From Vitrella brassicaformis CCMP3155 (Eukaryota > Protista > Chromerida), in assembly GCA_001179505.1 (NCBI GenBank), contig CDMY01000508.1, positions 1 through 64,000 on the forward strand: a DNA stretch of 64,000 nt, written 5' to 3'. Positions 1-14,218 of this stretch are shown piece by piece. Each line of letters starts with the position of its first letter. The stretch's first letter is position 1. The position numbers were made by a program, and so were the translations under genes. The notes beneath the pieces were generated by a model. The model saw only the letters and a program-made list of their open reading frames with translations. It ran no database searches and was not told the DNA's origin.

Positions 1-65
1 GAAAGATGAAAGACTTTTCACTCGAGTCGCACCATCGCGCGGACAGATCTGGGCGAGTTTGGAGC

Positions 66-2779
66 ATGAGCTCATCAAAGGGCGGCCAGGCTGCCTGCCC
101 ACAGGTGAGGTGGGAAGAGGGAGCCAATTGAAAGCTCAACAGGAGACTGGGACGCAAGTCATGCCTCCAGCTGTCCTCATCTGTCTGCAGCCGGGCATCT
201 TCCGTCTGTGGACATGATTTCTCGTTGCTGTGTCAGGATGAGGTCGTTGGCGTTGGTTTGGCTCAGCTCGAGTCCGAGTGTGTGTATGAAGTCGGCGACT
301 TCCTCACCACCATCGAGCGCAAGCCGCTCTCACTCGTGTGCCACCAGCTGCACCAGAAGACCACCGACGCCACATACGGCATCCTGTACCGTGACCTCAC
401 CATCTCCATCCTCGAACACAACTACTGGAAGAAGATCAACCTCACAGGCACACTCAAAACACGACTGGTGGGTGGGGGGATGGGCGGGAGGAGGGAAAGG
501 CATGGATGGATGGATGGTTTTCTGTATGTATGTGTGGGTCAGAGTAAGATCGAGACGGCGTTCATCGACACCGACGGCAACAACAAGGATGTGCTGCCGT
601 CTGTAGTGGAGTGCATCGAGGCGTCCAACGCCACACTCGTCCACATCGGTGTGGACGACCCGAAGCGAGGGGGCTTCTCCAACGTGTCCGGCAATGAGAA
701 GGGCGCGGGCAGTGGGGGAGAGGGGGTGGAGGAGGGGGGTAAGGAGCCAGTGGTGTTTGAGAAGACCCAGCAGCTACACCTTACGGATGCAGGATACCTA
801 GACCTAGCCGAGTAAGGGGAGAGGGGCGGGAGGGGCTGCAGAGATGCAAATCTTTTGGTTTGTGGTGTGTGTTGGTGTGTCGTGTTAGGGATCGCAAGTG
901 GGCGTTTCCGAGTCTGGAGGTGCTGAGTGTGGGCAAGGTGGGCCGCGAGCGGATCTCCCTCCTGCCGGCCGTCACCCACATCGTGTCAGCTTCGCCGAAG
1001 ATCACCTCCATCACGGCCGATGTCATCGTCGTCAAGGAGGGGGACGAGTGGCAGGCATTCACAAGGTAGATGGAAGACTGGCGCGCCTCTGCTTTCGGTC
1101 TCACACACATCTTTCCTTGCCTCTGTGTGTCTGTATGCGCGTATGCGCGCGTGTGTGTCGGTGTCAGTTCGCTGAGCGGCTGCCCCAAGCTCACGAGCAT
1201 CAGCGGCCTCCACCTCGTCCCGCCCGAGAACGACTACGGTGAACCTAAGTGAGCGGGGCGGAAAGACAGATGGGAGGGAGGCAGAAACACACCGTGTCGT
1301 ATGCGTCTGTGGTGGTCCGTGTCAGTCCCGTTGAGTACATCTACGATCCGCTGGGCCGCCTCACCACGGCACTCGACACCAACTGGCGCACCGATGACAT
1401 GAAAGGTAGGGGGGTGGGCAGATTAACACCACACACAGGGAGGGACTCTTTGCTACATGTGTCATCTGTGCTGTGCAGGTGTGGACAAGACCATCATCAT
1501 TCACCATCGCTTCTCGTTTGGCGCCGACTTCAGCCGCCAGCTGACAGACCGCAGCGGCCCCAACCACTTCGTGCTGCAGGACCTGCTCAACTGGGCGGAC
1601 GAGACCAAATGCCAAATCGTGTGGATGCCACGGTCGGTGAGACCTGCAGGGGGAAACGAACCGCAGACAGAGACGAGCACATGATCCGTGTGTGTGTGTG
1701 TGTGTTGTGCAGTGAGGACGACCGGCTTGACTATGACAGAGACAGGCCGCCGCAGCATGACGACATCGTCATTGACTGCGGCAAGGAGGCCCCGGACACA
1801 ACACCTCCGGCCCCGCACGGACCTGTAGGCCAACTCATCGCCAATCTGACGAAAAAATGCGACGCGGTGAGAGAGGGGTGTAAAGGGGAGGGAGGTGCAG
1901 CACACGGCCTAGAGCAAAATGTCTGCCCTGCTCCCTTTTCCGTTCCTTCTCTCGCAGGTCAAGTTTGTGTACGGCGGTGCCCCCCTGCACGACACGTGGG
2001 GGCAGCTGCTGACATTTCCCGCGGCCACCAAGCTCTCCATCTACCCCCGCGACGACGACACTGCCGTCCGCCAGGTGGTGAGCAGCATCCCCGAGTGGCT
2101 CGTGGCCAAGGACCAGAACGGCAACAGCACCCATCTGCCAGCCATCCAGGACCTCTACATCGACATGTGCGGGTATTCCAACACCGGTGCCCACAACAAC
2201 TCCTTGCCGACCGGTGCTGAGGCTGGCAGGCTCGAGCAGCTGCTGGGGGGTCTGACGGGGGTGCGTAGGGTGTGGTGTATGGCGAAGAGCCTCCGCGCCG
2301 TGTCGCAGTGTGTGTCGTATCTGCATGCCCGTGAGCTGAAGAAGTTGCGGATCCGCCTGGGCGAAGAGTCAGATGCGCTGCCCGACTCATCTCACGTGCC
2401 GGTGCCTAGCCTAGCCTACCCTTCTGTCAACTCGCTGCGCGTGTCGAATAAGTATGAGGATATCAGCAAGGAATGTGCTCGGTCTGTATTGTCTCTGCTC
2501 ATGTCCATCAAGCCAGTTAAAGCCAGCATCGATCTGACGCTCAGCACAGAGTCACTCGCAGGCACGCGCCGTCGGGATCTGTGGGGCGACGCGGACCGTG
2601 CGCGTAGCTACGCCCTTTGGGATCTGCGGCTGGAAGCAGAGAGGAGGGTGGGGTCGGCCTACGATGTGGTGTCGGTAATGTGCATGCGCAACTCGTTGCG
2701 CATGGAGCTAGTGCGGAAGGAGGGGGGCAAGGGAGAGAAGGGCAAGAGGGGCAAGAGGGGAGGCAGCAAGGGCAAGTGA
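66..2779 (+). CDS. F-box-like, lineage-specific multi-exon protein
   Basis: ATG at 66. Exon 66-104 (MSSSKGGQAACPQ) splices in frame to 237 (DEVVG...). F-box-like segment LAQLESECVYEVGDFLTTIERKPLSLVCHQLH. About 8 exons with GT-AG borders. Last exon VKFVYGG...SKGK* ends 2779. Confidence 0.7.
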
Positions 2780-3295
2780 GTGAGGCGACGTGGGCGGTTG
2801 GTGCAGATGGTGGGCAGGTCGGTAGCATGCTTTGCGGGCGGAGGAGGAACCGACCGTCTCGCTCACTGGCATCCGTAGAATGGGCACAATCGCATGTCGC
2901 GTGCCCCCTGTTTTGTGTCTCCATGTCTGTCTGCGTGTATGTTTGCATCTTATCCCCACCCCTGTTCTAATTCGCCTTCCTGCGTATCTGAGAATGGCCT
3001 ACCACGGCTATTCAGCATGCCGCCATTCTACTGTTGACGTGCATGTGTGTGTGTGTGTTGTGTGTGTGTCTTTGGTGTTTGGTGTTGGGTGTGGGCATCG
3101 GACTGACTGCATGGGCAGGGAGGCGTTACACGTAGCTGATGTCATTGGATTGAATCTCTTTATCCCTAACATACAAAGTCAACTCACCATCCCGATCTAC
3201 CTGCCTAGCCAACTGCTGCCCACTGATGCGTTCCCATTACTCGAAACAAACAAGACACACGCATGGGAATCAGTCAAGCAATCATCGGCTACCTG

Positions 3296-5423
3296 TCACC
3301 ACCCAACAGACTCTGGCTGGCTGCCTTTGCTATGGTGTCTCCGCCTTGCCTGCTCGGCACCACCTTTCTGGTCAGCCGTCTGCCTCTCCAGCTCTCCCGG
3401 CTGCTTATCCTGCTCCTCTGCAACACCACCCGCAGCAGCAACACTCTCCATCGCGCTCATCCGTCTTCGCCCCAGCAACCGCCATGCAGCTGCATCATCG
3501 TGGGAGGGCTCCATGGCACATGGACGCCCCTCTTGTGAAGGATATACATGACCACTATGCCGGCGGCCGCCAGCAGGAAGACAGAGCCGAAGACGATCAA
3601 GGCGATGGCCGCAGGACTCGGCTCGGCTCGTTATACCAGAGAAAACCCTGTCGACAAACTGCACACGCATGCACACAGAGACACACATGGACGCCCGCAG
3701 ACTCTCTGTGCCGCCCACTGACATACCTGGAAGTTGCGAATGTGCAATCCGTCGTCAGTTTTTGTCTCTCACCATGGTCTCGAAGTACAGCCGGCCGGCC
3801 GTGAAGTGCGACGAGGGCAGGGAGCCGACGGACGGCGGCTGTAGCCCACCATGGCCAATGGCGGGATGGTCGTGGACGCGTTGACGCAGTAGGTGTTGTA
3901 GGTGGTGGGAACTGACCAGACAGGTCTCCAAGGACACTCTCGGCGGCCCGCTGACACACGCAGAGATATCACTACACACACGAGAATGCATTCAGCTCTC
4001 TCTCCATCTCTCTCTGTGTGTGTGCGTACCAGTCTGTCCTGATGTGATATTCGAAGGCCTCATCGACGTCATACTCGCTCCGCAGCTCCGCCCAGGTCGG
4101 CGGCACGAACCAAGATCTCGAGGTTCTGGGGCGGAGTGGTGGTGGTGTCGTTGCCGCTGCTGCCGTCGCCCATCTGCAGCCTCCTGTTTGGAGCGAGGTG
4201 GCCATCACTGCTGGTGCTGGTGCAGGTGTCGTTGTCATGCGAGCAGACGCAGGTGAAGCCGCCGGGATAGTTGACGCACAGCGACGGACATCTGACATGC
4301 ACACAGGCAGCGCCATGCAATGCAATACACTGGACACACCCATGGTGTCCTCGCCCACCCGCCGGTGTTGGTCGCGCACTCATCAATGTTTTCACACACA
4401 ACACCTGGACACTCACACCCACAGCTTCTCCACAATGCTCTCTCCCTCTCTCTCTCTCTCTCTCTTCCTCTCTCTCTCTCTCTCTCTCATGTCATCGTTG
4501 ATACGTACCGTCTCCCGCGTAGCCCGGCTCGCACAAAGACACGACCAAACCATTGGACACACTGCAGGTCGCCCGCTCGTGGCATCCTCCGTTGTTGACA
4601 TTGCAGAGGCCGGTGTTGCATTGCCGTTGTTTGTTTGTTTGAGTACCGATGTTTTGCGTCGCGCTGGCAGGGTCGTTTGCGAGGTCGGTCGCCGCGCTGC
4701 TGACGAGGCCAGGCCGCCCACATTTGTGGAGGCCATCAGGGGCGCAGACACGTCCACACCCAACCAAGACCAACGGAACAACACGGACCGATCCACATAC
4801 GTCCGCCTTTGCCAGCATCCGTTGCCAGACGAGGCACTCGGGCTGCACGTCCACCAGGGTGTACCCCGTGTTGTCGGCGCAGTTGGCCGTCGTGTAGCCG
4901 CACGACTCGAGAGCACGGGCCGAGTGTTGCGCCATCCACACCCCACGGAACTCTGGCAGATACCTGGGGGGAACGCATTCATCCACAGCCACCAATCCAA
5001 TCAGCCAGCCAATCAATATATCGATGATGCCTGCACGCACCTGTGCAGTATTTTCGAGAGGAAGTAGTACTGAATGCCGGTCAGCGGCTCGTTCAGAAAA
5101 CGCGCTTCCAGCTGCACCGTGTTCCTTCAGCCACCGCACACCACAGCACAGCACAGCACAGCAGGAAGATAAACCTCCACACTGTCCAATGCAGCTGCAG
5201 TGTTGCCGTGTTCATGGGTCGCGTACTTCTCGATGAGCACAAACGAGTCGACATCCACTCCATCGGCATTGAATTTCCTCGCCATGTTGTGCAGCTGTGC
5301 CACGGGGCTGAAGTCGGTCCTGGCGAGTCTGGCGTCGAGGTGTGGGGCGAGCGCCCGCTGCAGCGGAGGATGAGGGGCACCACCTTGCTGCGCTTGATGG
5401 GCCGGCAGGTCACCACTTCCCAA
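3296..5423 (-). pseudogene. EGF-like (calcium-binding EGF) domain protein, probably decayed
   Basis: EGF motifs CNVNNGGCHERATCS...CEPGYAGDG, CENIDECATNTGG and CVNYPGGFTCVC occur in different frames. Expected Cys residues are missing (SLC, GGW) and the frames do not splice together cleanly. Confidence 0.5.
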
Positions 5424-6380
5424 GGCCGCTCGTCATCCATTCAACCAATGGATCACGGACACACGAGGAGGGCCCCAGGGCTGCCCTTCAAGGCAAGCTG
5501 ATGAAATGCGCCGATGAGTCGGATGAAATCGCATTGGCGGATATCGGCCCTCATGCTTCAGCATCTCTATCAACACGTCCGTAACAGTTGCCAAGCTTGT
5601 GGAAACAATTGTTGCGTCCACAGCATATCGCACTCGCCGAAAGAGCAGAAGGACGCGAAAGTCTCCCCGAGTCTGACCGTGAGGCGTTCAGGTGACCGAG
5701 CTTCCTGCTGGCAGCCTGCAAGGGAAGACGCAACAGCCAAAAGTGAACGAAGAGATCTCACAGCGTGGGAAGCAATAGAGTAGATCTGTGTAAGTACTTG
5801 GATAAAAATGCTCGGTGGGCTGTCCTGACGGCCTTTTGTCTCCTCTGGCGGCTCAGCGGCAGTAGGCTCACCATCAGCAGGAGCATTGCGTCGGTCAACG
5901 GGGCCACGAGAGATCTTTGTCAGCTGCAGCAACGCGAAGCAGATCTGAAGCCCTCGAAGACTGTGCGTGAGGTGAGAGCCCATCTGTCCTCTTGAAAGGT
6001 GAGCTCGCATTTTGTGCCCCCGTCAAGCCCCCAGCCTTTTCCGCATTCCCTTCGCTTTTTTCTTTCACTTGTCGTGTCAATGGTCTCAGTGCGGAGCGGG
6101 AAAAGGAAAAAAAGAGGAAAAGGAATTTGCCAAAGTCGGTGATCGAGTGAGGATCGAATTGCCCTTTTTCTCACAGCTGACACTTCGCTCGTTTGATGTT
6201 GCTGCACGAGATTGTCCAGTGGGAGCCCCGAGGACCTTCCAGCCAGAGAAAGAAGGAAAGAAAGGGGAAAGACTTTTCACTCTAGCTCGAGCCATTGAGG
6301 ATGACCTCGTCAAAGGGTGCCGTGCATTCTGACTGCTGAGTGCCGACGGCGGAGCGTCACAATCAGCTGCTACTGGTGTC

Positions 6381-8901
6381 ATGATGGACGTGTCATCCCT
6401 GGATCATGAATCACCTGCCCGTCCCGCAGGCGAGAAGGTGCGGGAAGAAAAACACAATGGACGGCTTTGATTGCATCTGTTGTCGTTCATTCATTCATTC
6501 GTTCAGGTGCGGTTCACCGGCTTCCGCTCGATGCCCAACGAGGTGCTGTCCTACGCCGGCTCCTTCTTCAGCACGGCGGACGGCACCAAGCAGATCTCAG
6601 AGGTCTCCCGGCACTTCTGCACATGCGTCACCGGCGAGCCATCATCGAGCATCATGAAGCCCCACGCCGAGCGGGCAGGCGGTGCATCATCCCTCTACAG
6701 CCACCTGTACATCGACAAGAAGGTCTTCTGGGACCTGCCGGCCCAGGTCACGAGTCGGCTGCAGTGCACTCACCACCAGAGCATTGTGGTCAAGATGGAC
6801 CCCAAGTGGCCCGTCAATGAGATGGTCATCGCCGCCATCCGCCGCTCGCCCGAGGTGTTGCAGAAACTCGTCATCACCACACTCGACGGCAGGGAGACCG
6901 AGGAATTCCCTGCTGAAGGGCAAGTCATTGGCAGCCCCCCTGCCGTGACGCCTCCTTTCCCCGCCGACCGCATCGTGTTCCCGCACGTCAGGAAGCTGCA
7001 TGTGGATAGCCTGCGGTATTTTGTGCGCATGGTGACGGAGGGCTTCGAATGGTATGTAAGCCATCGATGGACCTACGACGGACAGGGGGACGTAGCTATG
7101 CGCCCGTGTTTGGTATGAGTGTGTTTGCAGGCCAGAGTTGACCGAGTTGAAGGGCAACATGTTCCTCGGTGCGGACTCTGATGAGGACACCTACGAGGCT
7201 GACCGGTTCACCGAGTCCTTCATTGACCAGCCCCTGGCCCACTTCCTTAGCACGTCCAAGAAGCTGCGGCGACTCTGCATCTACCCATTCACACCTTTTA
7301 AGGTGACACCCACCCAGACACAACAACCAGCGCCATTCATGTGTCGCAATGCCTGCCTTTGATCGCGTTTCAGATCCTCGCCGGCTGCCGCATTCCTTTC
7401 CCCTCCTCGTGACTATGACGCACCTGACCACTCTGGAATGGATCAACATTCAAGACAACCTGTCGCAACCCGACGCACCATTCGACGAGCTGTCGGAGCT
7501 GGATGTGCTGCGACGGCTGTGGGGCCGCAGGAACGACACCAGAAAGAAGAAGATAATACTGCTGTATGACTTATGCGTCAACGAGGGCATGCCTGGCAAG
7601 ATGACCAGCACTGCTGGACCGCACGGACTGAGCGGTGAGGAGAGCAACCACAGTGGGGCTGCGTTGAGACATCTATGTGGTGCCTGTGGTGTGTGCAGCT
7701 GTCGGATTCATCGAGCAGCTGGAGGCCATGGGCTGCCAGGTGGCATACAGCGGCGGCAGCACGTGAGTGACGGAGACACTCGACAACACACATAGCCCTT
7801 CATACGCCTTCGAGTGCAATGAGTCTGCCTGTCTTCAGGGTCAAGTTGGATTGCGTGAGGGTCGAGAACAATGTCGTCGATCCGCCGCCTCTCCATCCGG
7901 TCGTCCGCAGAATGGCCGAGGGATTCGCCGCAGCGTCAAAGCTCGGTGCCAAATGAGCCACCTGCTTGGACTGATGTGCATAGCCCATGTGACCTCTCTG
8001 TGTATGTCTGTCGATCATTCAGTGGACATCACCTACGGGGGTGTCCGCCTGCCTGAGGTCAGCCACAGCCACACAAACGCGCACGCGCATCAATGCGCCT
8101 ACAACTTGGATATGTGTTTCTGGTGCATTTGTCAGCGATGAAGCTTCCTCCCGCCATTCAGTAGGGCGTCGCAGCTAGGGATCGTCTTCAGCCGCAGCAA
8201 CGACGAGCTGCTTGACGTGCACGACGACGACTTCAGCACCATCCCGGCCTTCCTCACCCAGCCAGGCCGCTACCCTAACGTCGAGGACCTCTTGCTCGAG
8301 CGCATCGGCAGATCGACGGGCGGCAACAGCGTCATTGCCGCACCCCCCAACCCTCTCAGCCGCATCGTGACGAAGGCCCTGCCGTCCTTGCAGCGGCTGC
8401 AGCTTAGCCAGATTGCCCCGTCGATCAGCGCCAGCTGTCTCTACTACCTGAAGGTTCGTTAGAGGCACGGGCACAGCCATCCGTATCCACTTATTCATCT
8501 GTTTATTATACTGTCAGGATCGCACCGAGAAGCTGGAGGGAGTCGAGGTCCGCTGGCCGCGCCTGCCAGTGGAGCTGCCCCCTTTGGTGCTCGCCCCGCC
8601 CCTCGCCCCACCCGTCAAGCGGCTGCTCATCACCAACAGCCGGAGATCGAGATCCTTCACGAGAGCAGCCACCGTCACTTCGCTCTTCAGTCTGGCCTTC
8701 CTGCTCATGCCCGACACGGCCGACATCACGCTGCGGTTGGCAGATGCTGACACGGACCGGGGGGCGGCCTTGGCGCTTATGCAGTGTGTGCGGCGGTGCA
8801 TGCGGTACTACGACGTGCAGCTGCCCATGACCGACGAGGACCAGGGCGAGAACCCGCGGACGTTTGTCGTCAAGATGACCAAGAAGGCCGGCGTAGACTG
8901 A
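6381..8901 (+). CDS. F-box-like, lineage-specific multi-exon protein
   Basis: Exon 6381-6437 (MMDVSSLDHESPARPAGEK) splices phase 0 to 6507. F-box-like FRSMPNEVLSYAGSFFSTADGTKQISEVSRHF. Later exons have LRR-like LPSLQRLQLSQI. Ends MTKKAGVD* at 8901. Confidence 0.7.
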
Positions 8902-9559
8902 TGGATGGGTGCGTGGGCCAGGGAGGTCAGAGGAGACGATAGAGTAGCCAGCCGGCCACGACATGCAGCGACCTGTACAGATTTCGTCGCTGCTACTTTG
9001 TAGCCGACTGACTGACTTGAGACTCGGCCTACACATGAATGGATCCATGGATGGAACACATGGAGTTGGAACGGTCATTATTTCCCGGGTACATACCTGC
9101 ACACTGTTGAAAAAGGCCACACTAAAGTGTCCACCGTCTGGTCCCCCTCCCGCCTTGATGTTCGGACGGTGGTGTTGATTAATCGCACTCACTCACTCAC
9201 CATGCAGTGGTGACAGACAGACAGACACGTCAGCCAGTCAGTATCCATTCGTCCATTCATTCACACTGACTCAGACGGCCACTTGTCACTCACTCGCGCA
9301 TCCAGACCTCTCTCCCTGTCCCTGTCCCTGTCCCCCTTCGCTCCCTCCCTCTGTCTCTGTCTGTCTGTGTCTGTTGGTTGGTCGGGTCCATGTGTGTGTC
9401 TGTGTCTGTGTCGGTCGTTCACATTGAGTCCTTCTACCTCTCGATACCAGATCGCAGACATCCATGTGAACGAACGACACAGACAGAGGAGGAGGTAGCC
9501 TGTGTTTCCGTCTCTCTCTCTCTCCCTGAGTGTGTGTGTGTGTGTCATGTGGCCACACA

Positions 9560-12164
9560 CTGAGTGTCGTGATTGATGTGAGCATGTCTATTCATTTGGA
9601 CACCTAGGTCTCTCTTGGTTCCTTGCGCGAGCCGATGCACCTCATGAACAGCCTTCCACTCATCGAGGGTCAGTGCCAATGAAGGTGAAAACCATCACAC
9701 CACTCATACACACACATGCAAGCTCGACATGAAAGGGCTCAGCCGCTCGGCTACGCCTGCCTTCCCACCATAGTGCAACGACTCGACAGGTTTGGCAGGG
9801 TGGTGATGGCCTTGATGCATGTGGGAAACAGGCGAGACCAGACTAGCAACTCGCCCTCGTCTGCCCCCTATCTCCCTCCCCGCCCTCCGCAGCACCGTAG
9901 AAGGGTGGGGTGGCGAAGAATGCGCTGGCTGATGTGCCGGATGCGATGCTCCATGCCCTTGCCCTTCTCCTTCTCGCTGCTGCCCTTGTCGTCCCTGCCT
10001 CCCCCACCGACACATCCATCTCCATCTTGCCGCTGCGATCCGCCCCACCCGCCCCATCCTCACCGCCCTCATCTGCCGGCCCCTCCCACACCGACCAATC
10101 CCCACTGCCGTCACGGCACTTGTGAAACGCACACTTGATGCGCAGCAGTGGCCCCCCACTGTCTTGTACAACGGCAGGAAAAACGCCATGACAAGAGGGC
10201 TGCCGTGCGAACCGCACCGCCCGCAGCGATGGGAGGTCGTCTACCGTCTTGACGACGGCCTCCTCGCCCAGCTGCTGCGCCTTGCCCATGTCCATGGACC
10301 GCACCGATGGGAAGACGCGGCCGAGGTTGAAGAGCAGTGGCTGTGGGAGGGGGTTGTCGGTGTCCCTGGCCGGCTGCAGGGTGAGGGTGCGGGCTGAGCT
10401 GAAGACGAGCTTGTTTTAACGTGAGAAAGCCCGGATGATGTTGTCTTGTGCGATGCTGGTGGGGAAGCTCACCGATGTGGCGAGCGAGGCCGCCAGGGTG
10501 ACTGAGGGTGGACGATTCGGATGCGGGCGTCTCGCTGTCGTAGATGTTGCGTATGGGGCTGCCGGGGTTGGTGGGCCACAGGAGGGTGGTGAAGGGGAAG
10601 TCGAATAATACGCTGCTGCTGTAGTCCTTGTGAACCGCATTCAGCGACTGTGACACCAGCAGGCAACACATGGATGCATTGGGAATGATCACTTGTTGTT
10701 GTGTGTACATTGGTCACTCACAGATATGACGCTTGGGGTGATCTGTCTGACGTTGATCGAAGCTTCAATAATCAGCAACTCCAGAAGTCGACCGGCGTAT
10801 CGAAGTCGTCAATCCAGCCCTCTAGGTCCGGCTCGTCCGCCGTCACGCTGAAGCTCGTCACCGAGTCGATGCTCGTGAACTCGACAAGCAGCATCGCGTC
10901 GTGCGCATCCCACGCGAATGGGGGCGAGAGGGAGGCAGTTGCGCCCATACCTTGTGTCGTAACCGCCGAACTCGTTGTCGTGCGCCGTCTGCTCCTGCGT
11001 ACTCAGTTTGCGCAACTCGACGGTCTTAAGAGACATGTGGCACCCACACCCACACAACAGACAGGGGCGGATTGTGCGTAGGGACCTTTGGAAGGAACTG
11101 TCCTGGATTTGCACCCACCTGAGTGTCCAGGCGCGCAGAAACGAGGCCCACGCCCACCGCCCGCCCACCACTACTGTCTTCAACCGTGGGAACTCCCCCG
11201 GCTCCTTACCCCTGTCATCCGGAAAGGCTATCTCGCGCTGCTGGACGCTGTGGCTGTCAGCCTCCAGACTCTCGAGACTCTCACCGGCGCCTTCAATCAG
11301 CCGCACCATCGCCATGTTCATGTGACACCGCATCACTGCGCGCGTGGCTTTGGCCAGCCAGGGCTCGCTCGGTGGGGTCGATGTCGCGGTCGGCGAGGAA
11401 TGTGATGGTGGTGTGCATGTCGGGGCCGCGGGAGGGTCCCAGGTATGACGAATGGGCCCGCGAGAGTCGCCGATGATAGACTCGGTGCCGACGAGGGGGC
11501 CGAGTCGGTCAAACAGCAACGCGTCAGGGAGGGTGAGTAGCGACGGCGCCAACGACTGAACAGAGCACAGCACACACACACACATGTGCCATACACTCTC
11601 TCTCTCTCTCTGTTGTGTGTGCGTGTCCAACTGCAGGTGGGCGGCTGTCAGTTTGTGACCATCCTTACATCTAGGCGTAGGTTGCGTAGCACAGCAGTAA
11701 GCTTCTGCTGTGCAATAGTGATGAGGATGTCCTGAGTGCTGGGCGGGGCATCGGCTGGGGATATCTTGGACACACCGTAATCCAAACACACCATCTGCAC
11801 ACACCAATGCACACAGGCAGGGAGATGCAAAGCGGTTGGCTCCACGTGAATCATCTTGTGGTCTCTCACCTTGGCGCTACGTTTGGGCACATGTCTTGTC
11901 CCAATGTCCGCTCCTTGCTCCCCTTGAGCGTCAGCACCTCACCAGCCTGATTGCACAGGGAGGCCCACACAGAACGGTACGGGACACTAGGGGCCCTATC
12001 CCCCACAATTTCCCCCACATGTCGCTGCAGTGCGTTAATCTTCTCTGCTACGTCTCAACACGCTCACAATGGACTCGGTCTGGATGGACCATCCAGTGAC
12101 TGCGCTTCATCAGAGCACCTGGCCAGTGTCCTTTCTCACCTCTGTGCTTCGTCTGCGACTCCAT
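9560..12164 (-). CDS. F-box-like, lineage-specific multi-exon protein (3' end uncertain)
   Basis: Candidate start MESQTKHR at 12164. Exon with SLLTLPDALLFDRLGPLVG (F-box-like), then FPRLKTVVVGG and LFNLGRVFPSVRSMDM. Downstream exon structure is ambiguous. Confidence 0.45.
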
Positions 12165-12778
12165 CGCCGCGACGGGGAAGCAAAAGAGTGTCCAATATCA
12201 GAACATCTCGAGGCTATTGTCGTCAGATCCCAGCTGCGAGAGGACGCAGAGCGCCAATACCAACCAAAATGCTTTCGAAGAATTCCAAGTAAAGGGCCCC
12301 CGCAAGCGGGTGCCCTTAGAGCCGCGAATCGGGCGGGGAAGGCGGCAGTGGTGCTTGCAGTGGCAGTACGATGATGAGTAGCACGAGTGGCTCCAATGGC
12401 CGTCGAGAGGTATCATCGCTTCATCTCATATATGGTCAGGTCCGCAATGAGCTCAGTGAATTCTGTGGCGTGTCAAGTGCAGGAAGGAACTCGCTAGGAT
12501 TACACTCATGCCGACAGGCAGGCGAGTGAGACACGGGGTCAGTCCGAGAGAGCATGGAGTATACGTGTGAAGTATGTGTCTGAAGGATGTATGTGTCATG
12601 TGCATCTTACGATGTGCCCTCCCAACTCACACTAATGATATACCCACACAATAATTCATGATGGGATGGATTGAAACATAACATATCCATGTACACGTGC
12701 ACACAGGCAGGGGCACACAGTCATACGTCACACAGTCAATACGTCTTAGCTTGCAGCACTTCGACTGCTCCAATGACA

Positions 12779-13078
12779 NNNNNNNNNNNNNNNNNNNNNN
12801 NNNNNNNNNNNNNNNNNNNNNNNNNNNNNNNNNNNNNNNNNNNNNNNNNNNNNNNNNNNNNNNNNNNNNNNNNNNNNNNNNNNNNNNNNNNNNNNNNNNN
12901 NNNNNNNNNNNNNNNNNNNNNNNNNNNNNNNNNNNNNNNNNNNNNNNNNNNNNNNNNNNNNNNNNNNNNNNNNNNNNNNNNNNNNNNNNNNNNNNNNNNN
13001 NNNNNNNNNNNNNNNNNNNNNNNNNNNNNNNNNNNNNNNNNNNNNNNNNNNNNNNNNNNNNNNNNNNNNNNNNNNNNN
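12779..13078. other. Assembly gap (300 N)
   Basis: Run of N. Confidence 1.
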
Positions 13079-14218
13079 ATCCATCGAAATACACATGGGC
13101 ACGAGCAGAACAAACACTTCGTGCTCCCAGACACTTGACACAAACATCGGCTGCGCACACACGCGAAGGCGGTGGTCACTGGGTTGCGGGAACACCCACA
13201 TACAGGCCGGTTGTGTGTGCGGCAGACGGTCGATACACATCCATTCACTCCATGTCAACGTCCTCCTGTCTGTCTGCTCTACCTTCCTGTTCGTACGCAC
13301 CTTGTCGGAGGGATACACGGGACTCGCGACACAGATCCACAAAGACAAACACGATGCGAGATGTCCACGTCGAATCAAGATCAGATGTATTCTGTGATGT
13401 ACTTCCTCTCACCCTCCACAAAGCTTGAAAGCCACAGCATCAGACAGCCACGGACGAACACTGTTGCAGAGTTGTGTGTTACCGTCACTGCATGTGATGT
13501 GAGAACCTGTCATGTACACACAGACACCAACAACGTGTGCTGGAGTGATCACCACGTTGTGCGTCGCTCAATGTGGCACACGACAGGGATGACGGACAGG
13601 CACCGTGACATATATGAAGGTGGACCTCCATCTCCATCTGCACAACATATGGACACACATACGTACCATTCCAGCAACATGCATCAGTTGCCTCCTTCCT
13701 AATGTGTTTGTTCGTGTTCTTGCAGGCCCTCCGTCGCCGCGACCACCCTCATGCCTTCTTCGGACTCGATTGTTAATGCGCTGTCGCTTGTGATGCCAGA
13801 AGAAACACCTTTTCTGCCTCTTCTTTCCACTTGTCATCTTGGTCTTTACAGTCTTCGCTCTCCCTCAAGAAAAAGATCCGCAGCAAAGATCCGCAGCATG
13901 CAGCGGTTTCAGGAATTACCCTAGGCAGCCAGGCGGCAACAGTCCCGTTGTCAAACTCGGTGCCTTTTTTCCCGAGGTTTCAACGCGCTGGGTGAGTAGT
14001 GGGGGTGCCAGCAACAGCACTGGTGTGAGGTGACCTTCTGTTCTTTCAGTTCGACCGTGATCGACCGTTTTGTCTGACCGCACGCCTTCCGTCTGAGAAA
14101 GACGACGACCGTGCTGAAGTGTCAGCCCGATTCGCGGAATCAGTGAAGGCAGCAAAATGGGCGAAGAAGGAGCAGGCTGATCGCCTCCTGGCAGCTACAA
14201 GGCTCAACTTCTGTCGAG

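Noticed and set aside
10400-10480. Apparent in-frame TAA in the third F-box-like gene
   Set aside because: It can lie inside a plausible GTGAGC...CTTCAG intron, so it is not evidence of pseudogenisation.
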